Shown here in pieces: positions 1-8,840 of a stretch of DNA of 64,000 bases (positions within the stretch are counted from its first letter, which is position 1; each line of letters starts with the position of its first letter). Location of the stretch: positions 8,218 through 72,217 of the forward strand of contig JAJZVC010000009.1 of assembly GCA_021845865.1 (NCBI GenBank). Direction: 5' to 3'. This stretch comes from Pseudomonadota bacterium. GTDB taxonomy: Bacteria; Pseudomonadota; Gammaproteobacteria; Burkholderiales; UBA9220. Both the position numbers and the translations under genes were made by a program. A model generated the notes under the pieces. It was not told where the DNA came from, searched no databases, and saw only the letters and a program-made list of their open reading frames with translations.

Positions 1-1
1 T

Positions 2-613
2 TGGCAGTTGGCCCTGGGGTCGCTGCCGCGCCATTTCCGCCGCGCCCTGGGCGATTTTCCGTCCCATGGCGGTTATTTGCGCGCCGACCCGGCCAGGGCC
101 GCCGCCTGGGGAGAACGGCTGGGAAAGGCGGGAAAACTGCGCGTGGGCCTGAACTGGGCGGGCAACCCGGCATTCCGCCACGACCGCTGGCGCTCGGCCA
201 GCCTGGCGGACTTCGCGCCCTTGGGCGGCGTTCCTCATGTGGAGTGGTTCAACCTGCATCAGGGCGTGCGCAAGAGCGAATTGGCAATCGCGCCATTCCC
301 CCTCCACGACTACGCCGGCGAGTGGCGTGATTTGGATGACACCGCGGCGTTCATGGCGAATCTGGACCTGGTGATTTCCACCTGCACCGTGATTCCCCAC
401 CTGGCGGGGGCCCTTGGGAAACCGGCATGGGTTCTGGTCCATGGTCTGCCTTATTGGGCCTGGGGAGGCGAGGGGAAAGCCACGCCCTGGTACCCTTCTG
501 TCAGGGTGTTTCGTCAGCGGGGTTGGGGGGACTGGCCGGCGGTGATGGCGGAAGTGGCCGCTGCCCTGGGAGAGTTGGCCGTGGGGGGGGCGGAACTGGC
601 TCCTAAGGCATGA
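2..613 (+). CDS. 3'-terminal part of a glycosyltransferase family 9 (heptosyltransferase-like) domain protein; the 5' end lies outside the window
   Basis: Open frame from the window edge to the stop at 611-613. The translation (LNWAGNPAFRHDRWRS...DLVISTCTVIPHLAGALGKPAWVLV...PWYPSVRVFRQ) is colinear with the C-terminal half of the TPR-GT9 protein at 23130-24599 (LRWAGNPDNTQDRGRS...DLVISVDTAVLHLAGALGRPVWGLL...PWYPSARLFRQ). Confidence 0.6.
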   Translation, partial: WQLALGSLPRHFRRALGDFPSHGGYLRADPARAAAWGERLGKAGKLRVGLNWAGNPAFRHDRWRSASLADFAPLGGVPHVEWFNLHQGVRKSELAIAPFPLHDYAGEWRDLDDTAAFMANLDLVISTCTVIPHLAGALGKPAWVLVHGLPYWAWGGEGKATPWYPSVRVFRQRGWGDWPAVMAEVAAALGELAVGGAELAPKA

Positions 614-1727
614 AGAGTTTCAGGGCCTCCGAGACCTGGTCTACGTGTTCCAGAGGCATGGCAGGGTAGAGGGGTAAGGACAGGGTTTCTTCGCCCATCT
701 GCTCTGCTGACGGAAAACGTCCCTTCGGATAAGCGAGCGTGGTCTGAAAATGGCTGAGCAGATGGATGGCACGGTAATTCACAGTGGTTCCGATGCCCAG
801 GGACTGGAGATGGGCCACAAGGCTGTCGCGGTGTTCCGGGCTGACCCGGATGGGGAAGAGGTGGCGGGCATGCCGGCTATTGGGGCGTGTGGCGGGAAGG
901 GTGATACCAGGAATACCAGCCAATTGCTTACGATAACGCTCAGCGAGTTTTTCCCGCTTTGTCCGATTGATTTCCAGCCGTTGCATCTGGGGCAGGAGCA
1001 TGGCGGCCTGGATGTTGTCCATGTTGTATTTCCATCCAAGCATGGTCATGTCCCAGTGTTGATAGCCTTCCCGGTAACGATCGGAGGCGGTCTTGGTCAT
1101 GCCGTGCAGGCGAAGCTTCTTGAGGGTTTCGTGCAGGGCGCTGTCCCGGTACGCTAAAGCGCCGCCTTCCCCACAGGTCATGTTCTTGGTGGCGAAGAAG
1201 GAAAAGCAGGCGGCGTCGCCGAGTTGTCCCGGCTTCACGCCATCCCGTTCGCCTTCTATACAGTGAGCCGCATCCTCGATGAGCGCCAGGCCATGGCGGT
1301 CAGCGATGGCTCGCAGACGGCGCATGTCGCACATCAGGCCATAGAGGTGCACTGCCAGGATGGCGCGGGTGCGGGGCGTGATGGCGGCCTCAACCTGTTC
1401 GGCATCCAAGTTGCCGCTGTCCGGTTCCACGTCCACGAACACGGGGCGCGCGCCGGCTTCCTGAATGGCGGCTGCCGTGGCGATGAACGTCATGGGAGTG
1501 GTGATGACCTCGTCGCCGGGACCGATTCCCAATGCCAGCAGCACCATGTGCAGCGCCCCGGTGCAACTGGTTGTGCCCAGGGCATGAGGAACCCCCAGAT
1601 AGGCGGCGAATTCGTTCTCAAAGCGGGCCACCCATTCCCCGGTGGTCAGGATCGGGCTTTTGAATACTTCGGCAATGTTGGCAAGCTCGGCCTCGCCCAG
1701 GTCGTGCATGAAGAAAGGAACACGCAT
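603..1727 (-). CDS. DegT/DnrJ/EryC1/StrS-family PLP-dependent sugar aminotransferase
   Basis: ORF 603-1958 trimmed to ATG 1727-1725 (MRVPFFMHDLGEAEL...), which overlaps the stop of the upstream dehydratase by 1 nt (TGATG). Family hallmarks are GTTSCTGALHMVLLALGIGPGDEVITTPMTF and the PLP-lysine region SFFATKNMTCGEGGA. Confidence 0.85.
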   Translation of the reverse strand: MRVPFFMHDLGEAELANIAEVFKSPILTTGEWVARFENEFAAYLGVPHALGTTSCTGALHMVLLALGIGPGDEVITTPMTFIATAAAIQEAGARPVFVDVEPDSGNLDAEQVEAAITPRTRAILAVHLYGLMCDMRRLRAIADRHGLALIEDAAHCIEGERDGVKPGQLGDAACFSFFATKNMTCGEGGALAYRDSALHETLKKLRLHGMTKTASDRYREGYQHWDMTMLGWKYNMDNIQAAMLLPQMQRLEINRTKREKLAERYRKQLAGIPGITLPATRPNSRHARHLFPIRVSPEHRDSLVAHLQSLGIGTTVNYRAIHLLSHFQTTLAYPKGRFPSAEQMGEETLSLPLYPAMPLEHVDQVSEALKLFMP

Positions 1728-2755
1728 CAGTGCATTTCCCGCTTGCCCGAGGCGGTGATGATGGGGATGTGGCGCATCCAGCGCTGGTTTTCCCACCAAT
1801 CCGGGTTGTCGCGGTACCAGGCCACGGTTTTCGCCAGGCCATCGGCGAATGACGTTGCTGGCGTCCAATCCAGCAGGGCCGCGGCCTTGCTGGAATCCGC
1901 CGTGTGGCGGAAAACCTGGCCGGGGCGTTCGCCCACGGTCTGGATTTCGCTTTGGCAATGGGGGATGAGTTCCCGTATGGCGTGAGCGATTTCCAAAACG
2001 CTCATGTCCACGCCGCTGCCCAGGTTGATGACTTCGCCGCAGTATTTATCAATATCGCCGTGCAGCAGGCGGTCCAGCGCCTCGCAATGGTCCTGGACGA
2101 AGAGGAAATCCCGCCGGGCGGAGCCGTCGCCATGGACGGTAAGCGGCTCGCCGAGCAGGCAACTGGTGATGAAGCGAGGGATGACCTTTTCCAGGTGCTG
2201 GCGGGGGCCGTAATTGTTGAACGGCCTCACGATGACGGTCGGTATGCGGTAGGTCTGCCAATAGGAATAGACCAGCCGATCGGCGCCGCATTTCGCGGCG
2301 GCGTAGGGACTCATGGGATTCAGGGGGTGGCTCTCGTCCATGACGGGGGAAAGGGCGGAGCCGTACACCTCGGAGGTGGAGATGTGAATGAACAGCTGGA
2401 TGCGGTCCCGGTAGCGCAGCACGGAATTGGCGACCACCTGGGTGCCGAGGACATCGGTTTCGACGAACTGCCGGTTGTCGAAAATGGAACGGGTGACGTG
2501 GGATTCCGCCGCGAAGTGGACCACCATGTCGCTGCGGCTCACCAGCGAATCGACAATATCCGCATTGAGCACGTTGCCGTGCCAGAACTCGAAACGATTC
2601 GAGTCGAAGCCGCCTTCCGGAAGATTATGCACGCTGCCGGCATAGGTGAGGGCGTCAAGGACGATCAGCCGGTAATCGGGATATTTATCGTACAGGTGAT
2701 GAACGAAGTTGCTGCCAATGAATCCGGCGCCTCCGGTAATCAAGACGGTCTTCAC
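1727..2755 (-). CDS. NDP-hexose 4,6-dehydratase (RmlB-like extended SDR)
   Basis: 342-aa ORF with MKTVLITGGAGFIGSNF, HFAAESHVTRSI, STSEVYG, SPYAAAKCGADRL (YxxxK) and NNYGPRQHLEKVIP. The nucleotide carrier cannot be determined from sequence. Confidence 0.85.
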   Translation of the reverse strand: MKTVLITGGAGFIGSNFVHHLYDKYPDYRLIVLDALTYAGSVHNLPEGGFDSNRFEFWHGNVLNADIVDSLVSRSDMVVHFAAESHVTRSIFDNRQFVETDVLGTQVVANSVLRYRDRIQLFIHISTSEVYGSALSPVMDESHPLNPMSPYAAAKCGADRLVYSYWQTYRIPTVIVRPFNNYGPRQHLEKVIPRFITSCLLGEPLTVHGDGSARRDFLFVQDHCEALDRLLHGDIDKYCGEVINLGSGVDMSVLEIAHAIRELIPHCQSEIQTVGERPGQVFRHTADSSKAAALLDWTPATSFADGLAKTVAWYRDNPDWWENQRWMRHIPIITASGKREMH

Positions 2756-3462
2756 GCCCTTCCTTCCAGGATCGAAATGCTTGCGGGACCCATGTTCAGT
2801 ACCAGGTCGAGGGCCGACAGATAGGGCATGAAATCACCGTGCAGTTGCGGGTAAACAGGGTGGACATAGTCCTGCCATTCTAGCTTTACCCCCGCCTGGG
2901 CGAAAAGACCGGCATCCAGGTAATTGCGCGCCGCATCGCCGGTGAGATAGCAATCGGCCCCGAAATGGCGGCAGATGTTCAATAAGCGTTCGCTTTTATC
3001 CCCGGAGATACCCAGTTGCGACGAGCGCACGAGGGTGCGGCGCAGCCCCAGCCATTCGCACATCAGGGCCACAACCGCGATATCGAGGTCAACCAGCCGT
3101 TGCCAGGGTTGGTTCAAGAGCGCTTCCAGCGGTGGCAGATAGCGGTCGAGATAGGGGGATTTGGCGTAATTCTGGGCGATGGCGGCAATGTGCTTGCGCG
3201 CCCAGGGATGGGACGTGACGATTTCGGTATCCGCGATCCGTTGACCCTGGCAGCCGCTCGTTTTGACCGGGACGGTGAGCCAGAGTGGCCCCGTGGGGGA
3301 TTTGATGCGGTTCCGGTTGCGCCAGCCATGCTTGTCGAACTGGACATCATCGTAATAGACGAAGATGTCGCTGCGACGCATTTGGTCGAAGAAGCCCAGC
3401 CAGGGAAGATAGCCGGGCTGGAGAATGACCAGTCTAATGCTGGATGGGGACGTCTTTGACAA
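2752..3462 (-). CDS. WbqC-like family protein (copy 1)
   Basis: ORF 2752-3846 trimmed because its upstream part overlaps the acetyltransferase gene. TTG 3462-3460 lies 2 nt after that gene's stop. LVILQPGYLPWLGFFDQM...DDVQFDKHGWRNRNRIK...WLTVPV matches the paralog at 14857-15579. The start codon is uncertain. Confidence 0.7.
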   Translation of the reverse strand: MSKTSPSSIRLVILQPGYLPWLGFFDQMRRSDIFVYYDDVQFDKHGWRNRNRIKSPTGPLWLTVPVKTSGCQGQRIADTEIVTSHPWARKHIAAIAQNYAKSPYLDRYLPPLEALLNQPWQRLVDLDIAVVALMCEWLGLRRTLVRSSQLGISGDKSERLLNICRHFGADCYLTGDAARNYLDAGLFAQAGVKLEWQDYVHPVYPQLHGDFMPYLSALDLVLNMGPASISILEGRA

Positions 3463-3464
3463 GA

Positions 3465-4157
3465 TTACTTTACTGTTGCAGCGGATGTTTTGCGTGCTTC
3501 CGAGGAATGTTCTCGAAAGAATAATTCCCACGGCTGCCGGTCGGTTATCTTCTGAGGCTGGCAGTCTTGCCGCACGTAGTGGGTTGGCGGGATGTCTTTT
3601 ACAACGATGCTTCCCATGGCCACGATGCTCCAGTCGCCTACAGTAATGTCTGAACGAATGGCTGTATTTATGCCGAACATGCAACCGGCGCCTATGCGCG
3701 TATACCCGCCGACACTGACGCCTGGCGCAAAGAAGCAGGTGGCGCCGACAATACAGTCGTGGCTGATGGAGACGCCACTCCACAGAAGCGTTCCTTTGCC
3801 CAAGGAGACGTTCGGGCCGATGAAGGAGTGCGCGTTCACAAAGCAATTTCCAGCGATGGTGGCGGTTTTGGATATGGCTGCCTGCGGATGGTAAACATTA
3901 GCCAGGTTGAATCCATGGCTTGTAATTATCTCCATCCATTTTGCACGGGTCGTCGGTGTGCCGACGGCAACGAAGAACTCCGCTGAAGGCATGTCCTTGA
4001 ATGCCGCGAAGGGGCCAAGGACGGGGTGTCCCGATACCGATTGGCCAGCCAGTTCTCGCCGGTCATCGAGAAATGCCACTTCATATCCCGAAAGGGAAGC
4101 GGCTTCGGCTACTTCCCTGCCTAGGCTTTCCGCACCAAGAATTATCAGTTTTGTCAT
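3465..4157 (-). CDS. NeuD/PglD-type left-handed beta-helix sugar acetyltransferase (copy 1)
   Basis: 230-aa ORF with an N-terminal KLIILGAESLGREV Rossmann-like part and hexapeptide repeats (GKGTLLWSGVSISHDCIVGATCFFAPGVSVGGYTRIGAGCMFGINTAI). Confidence 0.8.
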   Translation of the reverse strand: MTKLIILGAESLGREVAEAASLSGYEVAFLDDRRELAGQSVSGHPVLGPFAAFKDMPSAEFFVAVGTPTTRAKWMEIITSHGFNLANVYHPQAAISKTATIAGNCFVNAHSFIGPNVSLGKGTLLWSGVSISHDCIVGATCFFAPGVSVGGYTRIGAGCMFGINTAIRSDITVGDWSIVAMGSIVVKDIPPTHYVRQDCQPQKITDRQPWELFFREHSSEARKTSAATVK

Positions 4158-4174
4158 AGTCAGGACAGGGTACG

Positions 4175-5878
4175 TTACTCTTTGGTCAGGAGAATGTTGT
4201 CAATGGCGAGGACATCCAAGCCGCTGGTTACGAATGTTCTCAAAGCGTCTTCAGGAGAATTGACTATCGGTTCGCCATTGGTGTTAAAAGAGGTGTTAAT
4301 GAGGATTGGTGTGCCCGTATTTTCTTGAAATTTCATCAGTAATTCGTATAGCAAAGGTTCCCGCTCTTCCATAATGGTTTGGAGGCGGCCAGTCCCATCG
4401 GCATGAACGGCGCCGGGCGCTTTTTGGGCGGCGTTGGCGTGGAAGTGAAAGGCTTTTTCCATGAACAGTACCGGATCCGTATCCTGGGTTTGAAAGTAAC
4501 GTCCTACGGAACTGTAAGGAAGCATGGGCGCAAAAGGTCGAAATCCCTCGCGGTATTTAATGCTGGCGTTAAGTCTGTCCTTGATCTCCGCCTTGAGGGG
4601 ATTGGCAAGAATGGAGCGATGCCCGAGCGCACGCTGGCCAAATTCGGCTCGGCCTTGGAACCAACCCACAACGAACCCAGCAGCGATCAAGTCTGCTACG
4701 TCGGAGGCAATGTTGCCGCTTATCCGATGCTTCAAGCGATACTTTTCAATGATATCGCCAATTTCAGATTGTTCGAAGGCTGGCCCTACTGCCGGGACGA
4801 TGGAATTTGTTTCGATCTTTATGTTTCTTCTGATCGAGGCGTCAAGCGCGGCGCCAATAGCATTGCCACTATCGTCAGGGGCAAAACCTATGTAGGAACG
4901 CGAGAATGGCGTACGCGAGGTAATGGCGCCATTGAAGAGGCAATTCATGGCCACGCCACCGGCAAAGCACAGATGGGTGGAGTCAGTCAGCCGATGCGCT
5001 CGGGTAAGTAACCGGATAAGGGTGGTTTCCAGGAGTTGCTGCATGGCAGCAGCGAGGTCGAAATGGCATGGCAATAGAGGATCATCTGGCGATCTTGGCT
5101 TTCCCAGTAGGTCAACCAAGTGTTTTCCATACATTTCTGGACGGTCAAAATTGTAGAAATCGAAGAATTTGAGGTTGACCTCGTAGCGGCCATCGTCTTC
5201 CAGTTGGATCAGTTTCTTAATTTGGGGGGCGTTGGCGGGGTTGCCATAAGCGGCCATTCCCATAATTTTCCATTCATCCGAGAAGGGGCGGAAACCGAGG
5301 AACTGAGTGATGGCCGCATAGACGCACCCGATGGAGTTAGGAAATACCTCCGATTCCAGCAAGGTAAGTTCCCCCCCTTTGCCATGGAAAATAGAGGTCG
5401 TTTTTTGCTCACTCCAGCCATCTACGATGACGACCGCTGAATCCTCGAATCCCGAGGCATGAAATGCCAGGCGTGCATGCGCCAGGTGGTGGTCAACATA
5501 CTCAATGACCACCTGGCGGCCGTTGCTGGCGGTAAATTTCTGCTCTGTCAGATGGGGGAGCAGCAGGCCAGGAAGCAGATGGTTGGGAACGGACGTCAGC
5601 CATTCGCCGGGATATCTCATCCAGTCCGAGAAACCGGGGCGATACTTGAGGGCAATGTTTTCACCGGGATTCCACGCAATGGAAAAACAATCCACGCGGT
5701 CCATGCCTATTTTTGCCACGTCAAGGCAGTAGCTTAGAGCCTGATGGGGAAAAGAACGGTCATGCTTGATGCGGCTGAAGCGCTCTTCAGGCACGGCGGC
5801 AATCAGTTGACCATCGTGCATGAGGGCCGCGGAACTGATCGGCCCTGACATATGGATTCCTAGGACGTAGGTTGACAA
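4175..5878 (-). CDS. NodU/CmcH-family carbamoyltransferase
   Basis: 567-aa ORF. The N-terminus MSTYVLGIHMSGPISSAALMHDGQLIAAVPEERFSRIKHD and the overall length are typical of this family. The gene is visibly AT-richer than its neighbours. Confidence 0.85.
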   Translation of the reverse strand: MSTYVLGIHMSGPISSAALMHDGQLIAAVPEERFSRIKHDRSFPHQALSYCLDVAKIGMDRVDCFSIAWNPGENIALKYRPGFSDWMRYPGEWLTSVPNHLLPGLLLPHLTEQKFTASNGRQVVIEYVDHHLAHARLAFHASGFEDSAVVIVDGWSEQKTTSIFHGKGGELTLLESEVFPNSIGCVYAAITQFLGFRPFSDEWKIMGMAAYGNPANAPQIKKLIQLEDDGRYEVNLKFFDFYNFDRPEMYGKHLVDLLGKPRSPDDPLLPCHFDLAAAMQQLLETTLIRLLTRAHRLTDSTHLCFAGGVAMNCLFNGAITSRTPFSRSYIGFAPDDSGNAIGAALDASIRRNIKIETNSIVPAVGPAFEQSEIGDIIEKYRLKHRISGNIASDVADLIAAGFVVGWFQGRAEFGQRALGHRSILANPLKAEIKDRLNASIKYREGFRPFAPMLPYSSVGRYFQTQDTDPVLFMEKAFHFHANAAQKAPGAVHADGTGRLQTIMEEREPLLYELLMKFQENTGTPILINTSFNTNGEPIVNSPEDALRTFVTSGLDVLAIDNILLTKE

Positions 5879-5910
5879 TTGAATTTCCCTCTAAGGAGCC
5901 TGTCTCGTCT

Positions 5911-7785
5911 TTATTCCATGATTTTTTCGAGAGGGGCATGGCGTTCCCACCATTTCTGGAACATCAGCAGGTTCCAGAGCCGGGGGCCATGGTTGGCGCG
6001 GCCTTCAACGTGTTCCTCCATCAGTTGCTGGACGGTTTCTGGCCGGAGCAAGCCGTGCAGGGCCAGGCGCTCGGGTGTCAGGGTGGCCTTGAGCGTTGGC
6101 TGAAGCGCGTTTCGCAGCCATCCATCCACCGGCAGCACGAATCCTTCCTTGGGCCGGTTGATGATGTTGTCGGGCAACAGATCGCGCACAGCTTCCTTGA
6201 GAATATGCTTGCTCCGTCCTGTGCGGATTTTCATCGAACCCGGCAGGCGCGCGGCGAACTCCATCAGGCGGTAATCCAGGAAGGGCGGCCTCACCTCCAC
6301 CGAATGGGCCATGGAGAGCCGGTCCACGAAGGCTAGTACCTGATCCGGCAGCAGGGTGGCGAAGTCGCAAGCCAACGCGCGGTTGAGCGGGTCGGGCGTG
6401 GCGCATCCATCATAGATGTGCCGCAGGAGGCTTTCGCTGCTTTCCCCCGCGCAAAGGGCCAGCATCTTGCTGCTCAGCAGGCTCCGCTTGCCTTCGTCCG
6501 TCCACAGCGTGAGGCTGGCGCGGCGCGCGGCTTCGTCGCCGTATTTTAGCAGGGAGCGCAGATAGTCCGGCTGGTCCTGGTAGGGACGCAGCAAGTCCCA
6601 TTCAGCCTCAGTCAGGGTATCCAGTTTTTCGGCCAGGGAGGGGAAGTGGTGCAGGGGCTGCGCCAGGCGATGGGCCAGATAGCTGCCGAACAGTTCGTCC
6701 GCGCCATCGCCGGAAAGGGCGACCTTGACATGCCGGGCAATCAGACTTGTGACGAAATAGGTTGAGGTCACGCCGGAAAAGGGTTCGTCGAAGGCATCAA
6801 CCACCGCGTCGAGATTGTCCACGATATCCTGCGCCGTCAGGACGTGCTCGTGATGGTCGGTGCCGTAAAGACTGGCCACTTGCCGGGCGCAGTCCCGATC
6901 CGCCTGCTTGTGCGGGATGTCGTCCTCATAGACGAGAGAAAAGGTCTGCACGCGCTGGCCGCCAAGACGGCTCATCAGGGCAACGACGCTGGAACTGTCC
7001 AGCCCGCCGGAGAGGTATGCGCCGAAGGGAAAATCGGCGCGCATGCGCAGGCGCACGCTGTCCTCCAGCAGCTCCCGTATCCGTGCGGCCGCCGTGGCGT
7101 CGTCCATTTGCGGGTCTTCGTTGAAACGCAGGGACCACCACGTATCGCGCCGCAAGGCGCCCTGCTCGAAGATAACCCGTTCCCCCGGCCTTAATTGTTC
7201 GATGCCCGCAAAGGCGCTCCAGGGCGAGGGGATGTTCTTGAAGCTGAAGTAATGGTAGAGGGCGCGGTAGTCCGGCGTGCGTGGGGTGTCCGGATGGGCG
7301 AGGAGGGATTTGATCTCCGAGGCAAACAGCAAGCGGCCATTGGCGCGGCAGAAGTACAACGGCTTGATACCAGCGCGGTCCCTCGCCAGGAGCAGTTTCT
7401 TGCGGCGCTCGTCCCAAAGGGCGATGGCGAACATGCCGTTGAGATGATGGAGGAAATCGTCGCCGTGGGCTTCATACAAATGCACCAGGGTTTCGGTGTC
7501 GGAGTGGTGGCTGGAAAAGCGGTGTCCTTCGGTCTCAAGCCGCGCGCGCAGCTCGGGGTGGTTGTAGATTTCGCCATTGAAAATCACGGCGATACTGCCG
7601 TCTTCGTTGAATACCGGCTGCTGGCCGCTTTGGGGGTCGATGATGGCGAGCCGTCGCATGCCGAGGGAGATGCCGGGGCTTTCCCAATAGCCCGCATCAT
7701 CCGGGCCGCGATGGACAACGGCCTGGGTCATTCGCCTCAGGGCGGCGCCATTCGCCGGCCCCGTGAAGCCGCATATGCCGCACAT
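5911..7785 (-). CDS. Asparagine synthetase B-family glutamine-dependent amidotransferase
   Basis: 624-aa ORF starting MCGICGF (Cys2 nucleophile of class II amidotransferases) with the PP-loop YLSGGLDSSSVVALM. Its start overlaps the upstream stop by 1 nt. Confidence 0.9.
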   Translation of the reverse strand: MCGICGFTGPANGAALRRMTQAVVHRGPDDAGYWESPGISLGMRRLAIIDPQSGQQPVFNEDGSIAVIFNGEIYNHPELRARLETEGHRFSSHHSDTETLVHLYEAHGDDFLHHLNGMFAIALWDERRKKLLLARDRAGIKPLYFCRANGRLLFASEIKSLLAHPDTPRTPDYRALYHYFSFKNIPSPWSAFAGIEQLRPGERVIFEQGALRRDTWWSLRFNEDPQMDDATAAARIRELLEDSVRLRMRADFPFGAYLSGGLDSSSVVALMSRLGGQRVQTFSLVYEDDIPHKQADRDCARQVASLYGTDHHEHVLTAQDIVDNLDAVVDAFDEPFSGVTSTYFVTSLIARHVKVALSGDGADELFGSYLAHRLAQPLHHFPSLAEKLDTLTEAEWDLLRPYQDQPDYLRSLLKYGDEAARRASLTLWTDEGKRSLLSSKMLALCAGESSESLLRHIYDGCATPDPLNRALACDFATLLPDQVLAFVDRLSMAHSVEVRPPFLDYRLMEFAARLPGSMKIRTGRSKHILKEAVRDLLPDNIINRPKEGFVLPVDGWLRNALQPTLKATLTPERLALHGLLRPETVQQLMEEHVEGRANHGPRLWNLLMFQKWWERHAPLEKIME

Positions 7786-8840
7786 CAGCCGGATTCCGTC
7801 GCGGATGACTGGAAATCGTCATTTTCCGTCAGGCGCAGCAAGGTTATGGCGCGTTGCGCTTCAGCGTTGTTGACAACTTTCCAATAGTTGTGTTGCCATG
7901 AGCGGTACTGCCAATCCGGGCAGGTGGCGCAAAGGGGCAGGTCGCGTCCCTGGCCCGCTAGGTGCTTTTCCCGGTAGAGGCGAAAGCCCTCCCCATGCCA
8001 GATTTCCGCGATGGACTGATGATTAACGTTACCCATGCTAGTGTTGGCGGCGATATCATAGCCACAGACCATGACGTTGCCCCGGCTGTCGATGTTCAGG
8101 CGCTCGAAGATGAAAGGGCAGGGCACGGCTTCGGTATCGATGTAGGGGGTGGCGTCCGCCGAGCGTTCGGCATCCAGTCGGGTGTTGCTGCCCCAGGTGA
8201 GAAATTTGCGCCCGATGAAATTGTCCACGCCGATCTCCTCGCGCCAGAAGGCTTCCACGGCGTCAATGTCCACGCCCTTCTGGTTGACGCCGGAGGCGAC
8301 GATTTTCGACGGGCTGTTCATCGCGTTGCGCAGGCGGAGCATGCGGCGGACATTGTCCACCAGCTTGTGCCATTTCAGGCCCTTGCGCACCACCGAATAA
8401 GTGGCCTCGTCCCTGGCATCAACGGAAAATTCGATCATGTCCACCCCCGCGCGCAACAGGGCAAGGGTGGTCTTTTCCGTGAACTTGGAGCCGTTGGTGA
8501 TCAAGCCGATGCGGCAGCCCGCTTCCTTGGCGTACACCAATAGTTCTTTCGCCTTGGGATGGAGCATGGGCTCGCCACCCCCGGAGATGCGCAGATAGGC
8601 GCCATGCTGTCCCGCCTCGTCGGCGATTTTCCGGAAAAGCGCTTCCGGCATGAAGGGGGCGTCACGGTAATCATCGCGGATGTTGGACTGCGTATAGGGG
8701 CAGTGGGGGCACTTCGCGTTGCAGGGATAGACGAAGGAAAGTACCAGCATCATGGGAAAACGGGCCGCCTCGGGGCGAAGGCCATAATTCGTCTCCCTGG
8801 AGGTGTCCTGCGCTTCTGCTGGCTGTTTGCTCATGGACAT
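7785..8840 (-). CDS. Radical SAM enzyme with C-terminal SPASM/twitch-like Cys cluster (paralog A)
   Basis: 351-aa ORF with YPCNAKCPHCPY (CxxxCxxC), GGGEPMLHP, and C-terminal VPCPF...GNVMVCGYD...LCATCPDW. Confidence 0.85.
   Translation of the reverse strand: MSMSKQPAEAQDTSRETNYGLRPEAARFPMMLVLSFVYPCNAKCPHCPYTQSNIRDDYRDAPFMPEALFRKIADEAGQHGAYLRISGGGEPMLHPKAKELLVYAKEAGCRIGLITNGSKFTEKTTLALLRAGVDMIEFSVDARDEATYSVVRKGLKWHKLVDNVRRMLRLRNAMNSPSKIVASGVNQKGVDIDAVEAFWREEIGVDNFIGRKFLTWGSNTRLDAERSADATPYIDTEAVPCPFIFERLNIDSRGNVMVCGYDIAANTSMGNVNHQSIAEIWHGEGFRLYREKHLAGQGRDLPLCATCPDWQYRSWQHNYWKVVNNAEAQRAITLLRLTENDDFQSSATESG

Noticed and set aside
583-590. G8 (583-590), T8 (28004-28011 in pseG) and several G7/C7 tracts as phase-variation switches of the glycosylation genes
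   Set aside because: G7 tracts occur equally in housekeeping genes here (map 46113-46119, biotin carboxylase 54390-54396, fabF 60882-60888). They reflect base composition rather than contingency loci, and no evidence of length variation is available from a single sequence.
603-1958. N-terminal extensions offered by the ORF track (603-1958, 2752-3846, 14626-15579, 15305-16207, 17865-18698, 18610-19605, 19500-20744, 37955-38395, 41204-41611, 55559-56146, 58338-59333)
   Set aside because: The extended parts overlap the 3' ends of well-supported upstream genes or lack family similarity. Internal starts give ATGA/TGATG-type coupling or good SD spacing and begin where homology begins. Some chosen starts (TTG 3462, GTG 14857) remain uncertain.
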